Below, piece by piece: positions 9,650 to 24,400 of a stretch of 64,000 bases of DNA (positions are counted from its first letter, which is position 1; every line of letters begins with the position of its first letter). The notes under the pieces are model-generated. The model was given only the letters and a program-made list of their open reading frames with translations. It was not told the origin of the DNA and searched no databases. Position numbers and translations under genes: made by a program. Origin of the DNA: Macrostomum hystrix (Eukaryota > Animalia > Platyhelminthes); assembly GCA_950097015.1 (NCBI GenBank), contig CATNEN010000003.1, positions 11,408,001 to 11,472,000 on the forward strand, written 5' to 3'.

Positions 9650-11587
9650 TTAGCCTTTGGCACCTCCGCCATAGTCGGAAGACTGGGCGCTGTTTTTAAC
9701 AGTCGAAGGCGGCGGTGGCGATTCCCCGCAGCCCTCGCCCCGATGTCGATAAGCGCCAAAAGAGCCAAAGCCGGCGATGGCACCGTCTAGTCGCTGCCAG
9801 TGTCCGGCTCCGTTGAAATCTAACGCCGAATAAGACACGGGCGACATCAGAGTGACATCGGAGCCGCCAAGGCCGCCGCCGTTAGCCCCGATTGTGGCAT
9901 TCTGAAAATCGTCAAACGTGTCGTCGTCTCTGTCGAAGTCTTCGTCGTCAATGTCGTCTTCTTCTAGATCGTCGTTAATAGCGGAAGCGTCACTGTGCAG
10001 AGCACTGCCAGCTAGGTTTCTATAGTGAGTTCGCATCAGTCGATTAGAAGATTGTGCCGCTGTTGGATTGCGCAACAGATGGCGAGACAACTGCGCCACG
10101 GAGGAGAAAGCGGCGCCGAGGTTCTGCTCGGCCCACAGCAGAACTAACGATTCGGCGTCAGAATTCGCAGCTGAATCCGTGTCGCGTTTAGACTGAGTAG
10201 AGTTCAGCGGCAGTTTGTGAGCACAGTGAGAGATGTGGCTTCATCCTTAATCTAATGATCCCAGGCTCTTAATCCTGAAATCCTTGATTCTTAATCCAGT
10301 GATCTCAGCTCCTAATCTAGCTATCGCTTATCCCTAATCCAGTGATTACAGGTTCTTTGTCTAGCAGCCATTGATATATAATCCAGGTATCCATAGTTCC
10401 TTAACGAGCAATTTATAATTAATAATCCACTGATCCCAGGTTCCTAAGTCTAGCAATCCTTGATACCTAAACCAGAGATTCTAGGTTCTTTATCTAGCAA
10501 TCGTCGATGTACGAGCGTATAATCTAGTGATCCTTGATTCCTAATCCAGTAATCCTTGATTCCTAATCCAGTAATCCTTAATCTGGCAATTAATTTATTC
10601 TAAATCCTTAGTCTTACAATCATAGGTTTTTAATTCTTAATCTAATAATCCTTGATTCCTAATACTTAATCTGGCAATTATTTGATTCTAATACTTAATC
10701 TAACAATCCTTGATTCTTAATACTTAATCTAACAATCCTTGATTCTTAATCCTTAATCTAACAATCCTTGATTCTTAATACTTAATCTAACAATCCTTGA
10801 TTCTTAATACTTAATCTAACAATCCTTGATTCTTAATCCTTAATCTAACAATCCTTGATTCTTAATCCTTAATCTAACAATCCTTGATTCCAAATACTTA
10901 ATCTAACAATCCTTGATTCTTAATCCTTAATCTAACAATCCTTGATTCTTAATACTTAATCTAACAATCCTTGATTCTTAATACTTAATCTAACAATCCT
11001 TGATTCTTAATACTTAATCTAACAATCCTTGATTCTTAATACTTAATCTAACAATCCTTGATTCTTAATCCTTAATCTAACAATCCTTGATTTTTAATAC
11101 CTAATCTAGCAATCTATAATTCCTACTACTTAATCTAACAATCCTGGATTGTCAGTGATGTCAGGTTCATTAATTAGCTTCTAGGTAGCTTTTTATTCTA
11201 AATAGGAAGTTCTAGATTTCTCAGTAAGCTAACTAACAGCACATTAAGTTTCTTAAACTTGTCAACTTCTAAGCAAACCAAGCATCAATCTTAGTAGGCT
11301 TAGCTAACCTCAAATTGCTGCCTACTTGGCCATCTGCGCTGCAACTGAGACAGCTGGCTACTAGCGGCAGCGGTGCAAGCAGAGCCGTCATCTTTACCAG
11401 CTGGCAGCTGAGTGTAGAGTAACAAACGCTCTGCTTCACTGAGGCTTTCAATTCTGCGCAATAGGATTTGAATTCTACTGCGAGATCCGGGACCAAGAGC
11501 CACTTCCAGGTCGTCAGCTAGGGCTCGGTCAGCAGTTTTATTGCCACCAAAGCTGCTGCTGCTGCCACTGTTGCTTCGTTGGTTTGA
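9650..11587 (-). CDS. RFX5/RFX7-like protein, apparently lacking the DNA-binding domain; 5' end unresolved
   Basis: Exon 11587..11309 has RIQILLRRIESLSEAERLLLYTQLPAG (cf. RFX5/7 N-terminal KVxxILxxVxKFxDxxKLYLYLQLPSG). Exon 10192..9650 has LVLLWAEQNLGAAFSSVAQLSRHLL (cf. RFX5 [25 protein letters not shown]). Phase-0 GT-AG junction. No start exon identified. Confidence 0.7.
10250..11150. repeat. Minisatellite, ~29-bp unit, in the RFX-like intron
   Basis: Repeats of TAATCTAACAATCCTTGATTCTTAATACT, degenerate at the left end. Confidence 0.9.
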
Positions 11588-12534
11588 CTTCAGTTTTATG
11601 AAAAACAATCAAATAAAAATGTATAAATTAATTATGTATATAGTATAAAATTAGCTGTATGATTTTTTAAATAATGGTAGTTACATAAAACAGAAGATAT
11701 TTGAGATATCTGATGACTTGTTTTTGCTTTGCTTAGCTAGATCCTCTCCCTTCAGTGACAAGGGAAGTAATAAGCAGACTTCCCTCTAAAGGTGTTGATT
11801 TCCTCAAAGCTAGAATATTTTGTCAATATGCTGACTTTTTCTTAATTTCCATTTTTTAAATCAACCCATTTCTGAGGTGGGTAGGGAGAATGGATAATAA
11901 AGTGCCCAATAATGGATGATAAAGTGACCAAATAGTGGATAGCAAAGTATTTGTCAATAAGCAAGATGATAAAATTGTAAGATGACAAAGAGTCCAATAG
12001 GCAACATTTAGGGTAGATGATAAAATTGTAAAATGACAGAATAGCAAGAAACCATGATCTAATCAAACAAAAATATACCATTTTATATGAACATATTTTT
12101 ATATATTCAAGTTCTTGACCAACATTCAACTGCAACTGGAACCAACACACAGTTATTAGCAAAAGTAGCTAAATTTCTTAATTTATAAAAATTTGAAAAA
12201 GCCACATAAAAAGATTTATCCTATCTTTTCTACAAAGTATATAAACCAATTGCCACTGAGTTCTGTTTAGGTAAGCCTCACAAAGCAAGCAACATTAAGC
12301 TCAAACAAAACAATATAATACTGAAAGTGACTACTGAACCATCAATTCAACTGTCTAGTGGTTCTGCTTAATAGAACTTTGCTAGTACTTTATATTTTAC
12401 TTTTATATCTTATTTGCATTAAATATTTATTACTAAATATTGGACTGAAGCTAATTTGAAAGAGGGAATTTTAAAGCAAAAGACCTACACTTTAACGAGA
12501 AACACTTTAGGCCTACATATGAACAGAAATTTGA

Positions 12535-12821
12535 ATTTGCTACCACCCTATTAAAATAAATGTTGAAAACCCATGGATGTGCACATTGTAATTAAGAAGG
12601 ATTGAGAAAGGTGTGCTTTAGCCATGCTTTTTTCTGCTGGCTGCTTAAGTCGCATTAAGCTCAAACAATATACTGAAACAGTGACTACAAGTCACTAACA
12701 AGTAGCAGTTAGGCCTGAGTAGAAAAAGTACATGCACAGGCGCTGTGCTTTAGAAAAATCCAAAAAGCATGCCAGACACCATCTGTGGATTGTCAACTTT
12801 TCCAATAGGTTGTTACCAAAT
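12535..12821. mobile_element. Possible old degenerate MITE
   Basis: Imperfect inverted ends: ATTTGCTACCACCCTATT...GTTGAAAACCCATGGATG vs the reverse complement of the right end, ATTTGGTAACAACCTATT...GTTGACAATCCACAGATG. No clear TSD. Confidence 0.3.
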
Positions 12822-14171
12822 GAGACAGACATTTAGCTTTACAAATGGGTCCATGTAAACACACTTAACCATGTAGTTTGTAAATTTTAAAGCTATCTTT
12901 ACAATTCAGTAAAATGAAGTCAAAAAGTTTATATGTACAATTAAAAAAGAGGACTAGAGCAGAACAGTTTTAAATTCCTGAAAATTTTAATACACATGAA
13001 AATTTTGGACAAAGCAGCATAGCGATATGACCTAGCCATTACACACTAGCAAGAATCTAACTACACATGAAAGTTATATACCTAAGACAGATGTCAATAA
13101 TAATATAGGCAGCCTAGGTCTCAGTCTAGCTATAAGAAGTTGAAGAAAAGGTGAGAGAAACTTAGATCAGGAATTTAGTTGACATTGGCGCATGGAAATT
13201 CAATCGGCCGCATTTAAATTTCAATGCAGTTGGACATGCGGCTAAAGGCGTACCTGTAATCTAAGAAGAATATGATTCATTAGGAAACGATACTAGGTTA
13301 TTTCTAAAGATAGGCCTATACGCGACAAGCAAACTCAACTCAATAGGTGAACCTGTGCAAGTGCAACACATCGCGATAGAAAAATTGAATCGTGCCACAC
13401 AAGCACGCTAAAGTTGCCTTAAAAATCACTTGTAGAAAAGATTTAAAATTAATTTTAAAGTTAATTTTATTGTTGCTGTACATTTTGCTAAAAACTCAAC
13501 TATAAAAACTAATGATTTTTTAAAAATAAGTTAGGTCGAACTTCTTTATAGCGATATTTTAAATTTCCTGCGTTTCGTCATAATTTTCAAATTAGCCTAG
13601 ATTATAACTCAATTTAACTGGATAACATTGAACTAGTGGGGTATCTTAGCGGGTATAAAACCCAAAACATCAACAATTGGCTGGATAAGAAATCAGTAAA
13701 AAGTTGACTGATCAAATTGTACTGTACTGCACTGTACTTATCCATGAATATATGACATTTTTATTTGCCTTTTATCAATATTGTCAAAAGTTAGACGAAA
13801 TCATCATATCAAATTTGTTGGGCGGCTATACTCGGGCCTATGCTAAATTAGTCATCATAAAATTAAGCCTAGTTGTCTTTTTGGTTCGCCCTCATTGACT
13901 CTGTATGGGTTTTATCTCTTTGTCTGCCGCCATCTCATCAGTCTGCCAACTTTAAAGATCCCATGTTTCTTATAAGCATATGTCACATAATCAATTAGGC
14001 CCTACTCAAGTATATAATTTGAAAATTTGCAAATTATATAATATAATAGTTTTAGATTACAATTATTCTAATAAACATTAACATTAAGTGATTACATTCT
14101 ATGGTCGATATTTACTAAAAGATAGGAGGAGAAAAATAAAGTTTTTTATATTGTATCTATATTAATTAGTT

Positions 14172-14848
14172 GAAAGTGCTTATTCCCATGGTCCCGTGCC
14201 GATAATTTCACTTTTATCCACACGGATCCGTGCCGATAATTTTCTGCTTATCCACACGGCAGCTTGTATGAATAGGTCTACTTTCAAGTCCCTGCCTATT
14301 CTTCTCTGAGCATAAGGCTTTTGCTTCAGAGTATAGTGTATAGTGTACACTATCAATGCATAGTGTAAAAGAAAAACAACGATGTATAATTTGTGTGACG
14401 AGTTTGGTACTGACTAGAATTCTGCTGGTTGACTTGTATGATTTTCTTTGATAGACTTTTTACTTTTTAAGTCAATACAATTCGAATGAAAACACGTAAC
14501 AATGACAAAAGATTTAGTAATTTGTTATTAAAATAATTAAAAAGGATGACATTAATGTCGGTTAATGAATGTGTAGGTCGAAATGTAGAACACTGTTGTA
14601 ACGCACTGTCAACTTTGTCGATCTATTGGCTGAGGGTTCAACAAAACGTTCAAACCCGAAAGGTCCTCGTTTCAAAGAACAGAACCGTGTGGATAAAATT
14701 TCAGAAATTAACGGCACGTCATATTTATATAAAGAGTTGTAGACCTATTCATACAAGCTGCCATGTGGATAAGCAGAAAATTATCGGCATGGATCCGTGT
14801 GGATAAAATTGAAATTATCGGCACGGGACCGTGGGAATAAGCTCTGCC
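14172..14848. mobile_element. Mutator (MULE)-type MITE, 677 bp
   Basis: ~110-bp terminal inverted repeats (14172..14281 / 14739..14848), G...C ends, 9-bp TSD TAATTAGTT at 14163..14171 and 14849..14857, no transposase. Confidence 0.85.
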
Positions 14849-15445
14849 TAATTAGTTAAATAAATGAACACAGTTATTGGAACATAATTGTGATAGTATC
14901 ATTCTATACCAAAATATATATTTATTTTAAGAGTAACATTGTATTAATAACATTTGAAAATAGCAGTATCAAGCTAACAGTTTAAGCTTAAAAGTCTTTA
15001 CAAAAAAAGTTCTTTGAAGAATGATTGTCTTCTAAAAATGAACAAAATGTAGGCAAAATAAATAAATAATAATGTTTTATAATATAAAACATATTATATG
15101 GTTATCACATCAATGAAGCCAGGTAAAGGCTTAAGCACATCTAATGTTAAATAAATAAGGTTGGCAGGTGGGCAAAATGCAGGTATAGGAAGATGGCTAG
15201 AGCTAGATATAAACTTGCCAACAAACAATTTTTTAACAACCAACCACTCTAAGCCTAGTTGAAACAGAAACTAGTTGAAAGTTGACATGATTGAGTCTTG
15301 AGAAATGCCTTTCAACCTGACAACACAACTAAAGATAATTCAAAATAATTTGTTTTCTAGCCTAGCTATTATGTTTATTGTTCATAAAAATGTGTTTTAT
15401 AACAAACAAATATTTATTTGCTTTCTCTTTCTTATAGATAAATAC

Positions 15446-18400
15446 ATGTCATCTTCACAGCAGTCAGATGCAGACAATGATGAAGCCAACATAGCCAGCA
15501 TAATGGGATTTGCCAGCTTCGGCAAAGCTGGACCACCGAGCCACACATCCACTGGCACTTCTAAATCCAAGAAAAGTCGCGACCATCCAAGCAAACAAAA
15601 GAAACCAACAACAGCAGAATCGGCTAATCCTGCTAATGAGGATGATGGAGGTAGAGAATTGCCAACAGACTATATGAAAGTGTTTGAAGATTCTCTGCGA
15701 TTGGCTAGGTGAGTTTTAACTATTATCTGGTTATGAAAGACTAGAGTCATAGACTCTAGTCTTTGTTAGTTGGAAACTAAATTAAACTTGTTTATACAAT
15801 TTAGAGAGCGAAATCAGCAGAAGCAGCCATTGGAAGAATCTGGAACACGCGCAGCTCTCATTGGTCCTAGCCTTCCGCCTGTTGATTTCGAATTAGCCGC
15901 TTCTGCTGCTTCAAAGGATGTTGACTTAACCGACGCATCCGATAAGAAAAAGAAGTCCAAGAAAGAGAAGAAAGCCAAGAAGGATAAAAAGCACAAAAAG
16001 AAAGATAAGAAGACTAGCGATGAGACTAGTAAATCTGACAATGAAGACGATGAAGACATGATTGGTCCAGGTATTCCAGATTTTTTCAAAGCTGCAAATG
16101 CTGAAAGCAATGAACCTAGCAATAACAATGCTGTGGCTGTTAATGCTTCGTCTTCTGATGTCGTTGATCAGGTAAATTATTTCATTTTTTAACCAGGGGT
16201 CAGACATTCAGACATATATTTCTTGCCAAGACATTCTACAAAGCTCCAGAATCTGACTATCGCTCTTTCCAACGCCTTACCCTTACTCAACTCTCCCGTG
16301 TCTCATCTCTTCCGTGTGTCATCTCTCCCGTGTCTTATCTCTCCCGTGTCTTATCTCTCCCGTTTCTCGTCTCTCCCGTACCTTATCTCTCCTCTGTCTC
16401 ATCTCTCCATGATCGCCTCAAATATTCCTCATCTCTCTCTTCTATCTCCCTAACCAATATCTCTCCAGTCTCCCATGTGTTATATTATGTATGATACCTG
16501 GTTACCTGCTAACAAAACGATGACAAAAAATTCTATTTAGATACCGACTTCTAGTGCTAGAAAAGAAGAAGAAAAACTAGAAAATGAGGCTGACGACACT
16601 CGTGACGAAGATGACGAGGCTCAAGACGATGATGTTGACAATGACGAAGAAGACGAAGATTTGGGGCGACAGCGTCAGGACCAGCAACAGTTATTTGTAC
16701 CCAGAAGCAATCAGATCAGTTTAAACCATCGCACCGGTAAGCCGGTTGTTGCCCTCGGCCTAGACTCATCCGGCGCCAGGGTAGTTACTGGCGGCTCAGA
16801 TTTCAGCGTTCGCTATTGGAATTTCGCCGGCATGGATTCGGCTTGTAGGCCGTTTAAAATGTTGGATCAACCGTGCGGCGCGCATCAAATTAGATTTGTT
16901 GGCTTCAATTCTACTAGCGATTGCGTCTTGGTTGCCTCCGGTTCGGCTCAGTTGAGATTATACGGCCGTGAGGGCAAACTATTAGCCGAGTCTGTCAAAG
17001 GCTATCAGTATATTAGTAATCCGCGTAGTACACCTGGTCATACTCACGCCCTACTCGGCGCCTGTTGGCATCCGCGCGATGGAGCCGAATTTTTAACCTG
17101 TTCAATGGACAATTCTGTGAGATTGTGGGATCCGAATAATACGGAGAAGATACTGCAGGAGGTGAGGCACTGTTCTTTGTAGAATTTCGCATTAGGAACT
17201 TTTAGGACTTGTGGTAGTTGATTTTTAACAGGTAGTAACTTTTTTAAAGGTAGTCAGTTGGTCACAGGTTGCCAGGTAGGCACAGGTTGGCATTTGGTCA
17301 AGTTGTCAGGTAGTCACAGGTTGTCAGGTAGTCACAGCTTGTCAGCTAGTCACAGCTTGTCAGGTTGTCACAGCTTCTCAGGTGGTCACAGGTTGGCACT
17401 TAGCCAAGTTGTCAGGTGTTCACAGGTTGTCAGGTAGTCACAGGTTGTCAGGTAGTCACAGGTTGTCAGGTAGTCACAGGTTGTCAAGTGGTCACAGGTT
17501 GGCAGTTAGCTAAGTTGTCAGGTAGTCACAGGTTGTCAGGTAGTCACAGGTTGTCAGGTGGTCAAGTTGTCAGGTGGTCGCAGGTTGTCAGGTGGTCAAG
17601 TTGTCAGGTGGTCACAGGTTGGGAGGTAGTCACAGGTTGTCAGGTAGTCACAGGTTGTCAGGTAGTCACAGGTTGTAAGGTAGTCACAGGTTGGCAGTTA
17701 GCTAAGTTGTCAGGTGTTCACAGGTTGTCAGGTAGTCGCAGGTTGTCAGGTGGTCACAGTTTGATTGTCCCTGTTCAATATTGTGTGTTCTTCAGACTCG
17801 CCTTAAGAGCTGCAAGGAGGTGATCGTGCCTAAAAGTGCACAGGGCCGCGCAGTGGTGCCATCGACCTGTGCCTACACACCGGACGGCAATCAGGTCTAC
17901 GCCGGCTGTATGGACGGTTCTATCCAGGCCTGGGATAGGCGGCGTAGATTTGTTAACACTAGTCAGCTGATCAGGTGTGCTCACGGCGCCGACACCTTAA
18001 CCAGTTTGGCGTTCTCCTACGATGGCGTCTGTCTATTAAGTCGCAGCATGGACGACACTTTAAAACTGTGGGACATTCGTCGTACAGATGCGCCGCTATT
18101 TTTGAAATCCGATTTGAACACACAATTTGAGCAGACTTCGTGCGGCTTTGCGCCAAATGATCGACTGTTTTTTACGACAACGTCTGGTAAGTTATAATTG
18201 TTTTTGTCTTGCTTACTACTTGTTAGTAACAGTACGAGCGTATGTGTCTAATAACGTTTAACGTTAACAGTCGTACGAACCAAGATATTGTCAAGATAAT
18301 TCAGCAATTTTTTCGAAGACCCTGGTGTCAAGGACAACTAACATTGCTCTCTTATAACCTCTTTAGCGAATCCACATTAGTTCAAAGGTGTATAAATTAA

Positions 18401-21400
18401 CACTATAATCAATACAATAATAGTCAACAATAGTAGCCGACATGATTACGTGATGAAATTCTATGAGCAGAAAATGAATGCCTATATTGGGTGTTTTTGC
18501 CACCAGACACTGACGAGAATCGTTGAATATTTTGGGAGATACAGAAAAAAGAAACATCTGGGTTTTTTAAATACCACCGTCGTCTTTCTACTGTTAAAGT
18601 ACAAAGGTAGGCCTTAAGTCTTGACCATTACAGTGAATCTTCTTCGCAAATAAGGTAAAGGAGACGAAAATTGACCTCAGATATAGCAAGACGCGGAGCA
18701 TTAGTCTAAAGTTGGTATTTGACTAACTGTATTTGCCTTGATCCATCGATAAATATCTGTTGCTAGGATAAAAAGACGCATTCTCAATGCTCTAGAAGTT
18801 AATGAGCTGACCAGGCTGCCACGCCTGTGTCATTATCTCATTTTTTCTTGTCGCATATTTTTAGTTAGCGGAACAGACAAGATGACGCATGAAGCCGCAA
18901 ATTATTTCGATGACAATTATTAATTATGTTTCTTTAGTTTCTTAAGATTTCTTTACCTTTTCTGTTATCATAGAGAGCATAGAGGTCATACAGAAGTTTT
19001 TAATTATTTTTTTAGAGATCAGAGGGAAGGAAACTTCTTCCAAAAATGGATTATCGGAGTAAAAATTTGATTAAAAATTGTTGCTTTCATCTAGATTGTT
19101 GCTGGTGATTGTAGCATTCATACGATCTGCTTTAATACCGAGAGCGTTTGCAGAAATATGTAATATACTTTTTTGTGATAGTGATAAAAAGTTCATCCAG
19201 ATAATAATCTACACAGTGACAAATGAAAAGATAATCAGAATTGGTAGAAATTCTATTTTTTACGTTTCTATATCTACTCTATATCTACCTTATAAGGTAG
19301 ATAAATGTCTATATCTTCAACTGGTGATTAAGAGTAGATCTAGATGACTGTCTAGACATTCAGTGATTAAGAGTAGATCTAGATGACTGTCTAGACAATC
19401 AGTGATTAAGAGTAGATCTAGATGACTGTCTAGACAATCAGTGATTAAGAGTAGATCTAGATGACTGTCTAGACAATCAGTGATTAAGAGTAGATCTAGA
19501 TGACTGTCTAAACAATCAGTGATTAAGAGTGGATCTTGATGACTGTCTAGACAATCAGTGATTAAGAGTAGATCCAGATGGCTGTCTAAACAATCAGTGA
19601 TTAAGAGTAGATCTAGATGACTGTCTAGACAATCAGTGATTAAGAGTGGATCTAGATGACTGTCTAGACATCAGTGATTAAGAGTGGATCTAGATGACTG
19701 TCCAGACATCAGTGATTAAGAGTAGATCTAGATGACTTTCTAGACAATCAGTGATTAAGAGTAGATCTAGATGACTGTCTAGACAATCAGTGATTAAGAG
19801 TGGATCTAGATGACTGTCTAGACAATCAGTGATTAAGAGTGGATCTAGATGACTGTCCAGACATCAGTGATTAAGAGTAGATCTAGATGACTGTCTAGAC
19901 AATCAGTGATTAAGAGTAGATCTAGATGACTGTCTAGACAATCAGTGATTAAGAGTGGATCTAGATGACTGTCTAGACATCAGTGATTAAGAGTAGATCT
20001 AGATGACTGTCTAGACAATCAGTGATTAAGAGTAGATCTAGATGACTGTCTAGACAATCAGTGATTAAGAGTGGATCTAGATGACTGTCCAGACATCAGT
20101 GATTAAGAGTGGATCTAGATGACTGTCTAGACAATCAGTGATTAAGAGTGGATCTAGATGACTGTCCAGACATCAGTGATTAAGAGTGGATCTAGATGAC
20201 TGTCCAGACAATCAGTGATTAAGAGTAGATCTAGATGACTGTCCAGACATCAGTGATTAAGAGTGGATCTAGATGACTGTCCAGACATCAGTGATTAAGA
20301 GTAGATCTAGATGACTGTCTAGACAATCAGTGATTAAGAGTAGATCTAGATGACTGTCTAAACAATCAGTGATTAAGAGTGGATCTAGATGACTTTCTAG
20401 ACAATCAGTGATTAAGAGTAGATCTAGATGACTGTCTAGACAATCAGTGATTAAGAGTAGATCTAGATGACTGTCTAGACAATCAGTGATTAAGAGTAGA
20501 TCCAGATGACTGTCCAGACAATCAGTGATTAAGAGTAGATCTAGATGACTGTCCAGACAATCAGTGATTAAGAGTAGATCTAGATGACTGTCCAGACAAT
20601 CAGTGATTAAGAGTAGATCTAGATGACTGTCCAGACATCAGTGATTAAGAGTAGATCTAGATGACTGTCTAGACAATCAGTGATTAAGAGTGGATCTTGA
20701 TGACTGTCTAGACAATCAGTGATTAAGAGTGGATCTTGATGACTGTCTAGACAATCAGTGATTAAGAGTGGATCTTGATGACTGTCTAGACAATCAGTGA
20801 TTAAGAGTAGATCCAGATGACTGTCTAGACAATCAGTGATTAAGAGTAGATCTAGATGACTGTCTAGACAATCAGTGATTAAGAGTGGATCTTGATGACT
20901 GTCTAGACAATCAGTGATTAAGAGTGGATCTTGATGACTGTCTAGACAATCAGTGATTAAGAGTAGATCTAGATGACTGTCTAGACAATCAGTGATTAAG
21001 AGTAGATCTAGATGACTGTCTAGACAATCAGTGATTAAGAGTAGATCTAGATGACTGTCTAGACAATCAGTGATTAAGAGTAGATCTAGATGACTGTCTA
21101 GACAATCAGTGATTAAGAGTAGATCTAGATGACTGTCTAGACAATCAGTGATTAAGAGTAGATCTAGATGACTGTCTAGACAATTAGTGATTAAGAGTAG
21201 ATCTAGATGACTGTCTAGACAATCAGTGATTAAGAGTAGATCTAGATGACTGTCTAGACAATCAGTGATTAAGAGTAGATCTAGATGACTGTCTAGACAA
21301 TCAGTGATTAAGAGTAGATCTAGATGACTGTCTAGACAATCAGTGATTAAGAGTAGATCTAGATGACTGTCTAGACAATCAGTGATTAAGAGTAGATCTA

Positions 21401-24400
21401 GATGACTGAAAATCAGTGATTAAGAGTAGATCTAGATGACTGTCTAGACAATCAGTGATTAAGAGTAGATCTAGATGACTGTCTAGACAATCAGTGATTA
21501 AGAGTAGATCTAGATGACTGTCTAGACAATCAGTGATTAAGAGTAGATCTAGATGACTGAAAATCAGTGATTAAGAGTAGATCTAGATGACTGTCTAGAC
21601 AATCAGTGATTAAGAGTAGATCTAGATGACTGTCTAGACAATCAGTGATTAAGAGTAGATCTAGATGACTGTCTAGACAATCAGTGATTAAGAGTAGATC
21701 TAGATGACTGTCTAGACAATCAGTGATTAAGAGTAGATCTAGATGACTGACAATCAGTGATTAAGAGTAGATCTAGATGACTTTCTAGACAATCAGTGAT
21801 TAAGAGTAGATCTAGATGACTTTCTAGACAATCAGTGATTAAGAGTGGATCTAGATGACTGTCCAGACATCAGTGATTAAGAGTAGATCTTGATGACTGT
21901 CTAGACAATCAGTGATTAAGAGTGGATCTTGATGACTGTCTAGACAATCAGTGATTAAGAGTGGATCTTGATGACTGTCTAGACAATCAGTGATTAAGAG
22001 TGGATCTTGATGACTGTCTAGACAATCAGTGATTAAGAGTAGATCCAGATGACTGTCTAGACAATCAGTGATTAAGAGTAGATCTAGATGACTGTCTAGA
22101 CAATCAGTGATTAAGAGTGGATCTTGATGACTGTCTAGACAATCAGTGATTAAGAGTGGATCTTGATGACTGTCTAGACAATCAGTGATTAAGAGTAGAT
22201 CTAGATGACTGTCTAGACAATCAGTGATTAAGAGTAGATCTAGATGACTGTCTAGACAATCAGTGATTAAGAGTAGATCTAGATGACTGTCTAGACAATC
22301 AGTGATTAAGAGTAGATCTAGATGACTGTCTAGACAATCAGTGATTAAGAGTAGATCTAGATGACTGTCTAGACAATCAGTGATTAAGAGTAGATCTAGA
22401 TGACTGTCTAGACAATTAGTGATTAAGAGTAGATCTAGATGACTGTCTAGACAATCAGTGATTAAGAGTAGATCTAGATGACTGTCTAGACAATCAGTGA
22501 TTAAGAGTAGATCTAGATGACTGTCTAGACAATCAGTGATTAAGAGTAGATCTAGATGACTGTCTAGACAATCAGTGATTAAGAGTAGATCTAGATGACT
22601 GTCTAGACAATCAGTGATTAAGAGTAGATCTAGATGACTGAAAATCAGTGATTAAGAGTAGATCTAGATGACTGTCTAGACAATCAGTGATTAAGAGTAG
22701 ATCTAGATGACTGTCTAGACAATCAGTGATTAAGAGTAGATCTAGATGACTGTCTAGACAATCAGTGATTAAGAGTAGATCTAGATGACTGAAAATCAGT
22801 GATTAAGAGTAGATCTAGATGACTGACAATCAGTGATTAAGAGTAGATCTAGATGACTGTCTAGACAATCAGTGATTAAGAGTAGATCTAGATGACTGTC
22901 TAGACAATCAGTGATTAAGAGTAGATCTAGATGACTGTCTAGACAATCAGTGATTAAGAGTAGATCTAGATGACTGTCTAGACAATCAGTGATTAAGAGT
23001 AGATCTAGATGACTGTCTAGACAATCAGTGATTAAGAGTAGATCTAGATGACTGTCTAGACAATCAGTGATTAAGAGTAGATCTAGATGACTGTCTAGAC
23101 AATCAGTGATTAAGAGTAGATCTAGATGACTGACAATCAGTGATTAAGAGTAGATCTAGATGACTTTCTAGACAATCAGTGATTAAGAGTAGATCTAGAT
23201 GACTTTCTAGACAATCAGTGATTAAGAGTGGATCTAGATGACTGTCCAGACATCAGTGATTAAGAGTAGATCTAGATGACTGTCTAGACAATCAGTGATT
23301 AAGAGTAGATCTAGATGACTGTCTAGACAATCAGTGATTAAGAGTAGATCTAGATGACTGTGTAGACAATCAGTGATTAAGAGTAGATCTAGATGACTGT
23401 CTAGACAATCAGTGATTAAGAGTAGATCTAGATGACTGTCTAGACAATCAGTGATTAAGAGTAGATCTAGATGACTGTCTAGACAATCAGTGATTAAGAG
23501 TAGATCTAGATGACTGTCTAGACAATCAGTGATTAAGAGTAGATCTAGATGACTGTCTAGACAATCAGTGATTAAGAGTGGATCTAGATGACTGTCTAGA
23601 CATCAGTGATTAAGAGTAGATCTAGATGACTGTCTAGACAATCAGTGATTAAGAGTAGATCTAGATGACTGTCTAGACAATCAGTGATTAAGAGTGGATC
23701 TAGATGACTGTCTAGACAATCAGTGATTAAGAGTAGATCTAGATGACTGTCTAGACAATCAGTGATTAAGAGTAGATCTAGATGACTGTCTAGACAATCA
23801 GTGATTAAGAGTAGATCTAGATGACTGTCTAGACAATCAGTGATTAAGAGTAGATCTAGATGACTGTCTAGACAATCAGTGATTAAGAGTAGATCTAGAT
23901 GACTGTCTAGACAATCAGTGATTAAGAGTAGATCTAGATGACTGTCTAGACAATCAGTGATTAAGAGTAGATCTAGATGACTGTCTAGACAATCAGTGAT
24001 TAAGAGTAGATCTAGATGACTGTCTAGACAATCAGTGATTAAGAGTAGATCTAGATGACTGTCTAGACAATCAGTGATTAAGAGTAGATCTAGATGACTG
24101 TCTAGACAATCAGTGATTAAGAGTAGATCTAGATGACTGTCTAGACAATCAGTGATTAAGAGTAGATCTAGATGACTGTCTAGACAATCAGTGATTAAGA
24201 GTAGATCTAGATGACTGTCTAGACAATCAGTGATTAAGAGTAGATCTAGATGACTGTCTAGACAATCAGTGATTAAGAGTAGATCTAGATGACTGTCTAG
24301 ACAATCAGTGATTAAGAGTAGATCTAGATGACTGTCTAGACAATCAGTGATTAAGAGTAGATCTAGATGACTGTCTAGACAATCAGTGATTAAGAGTAGA

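Noticed and set aside
8074-11587. RFX-ankyrin fusion or RFXANK linkage
   Set aside because: The RFX-like frame ends at a stop (9650) well before the fragment, and the ankyrin repeats are generic rather than recognisably RFXANK/ANKRA2.
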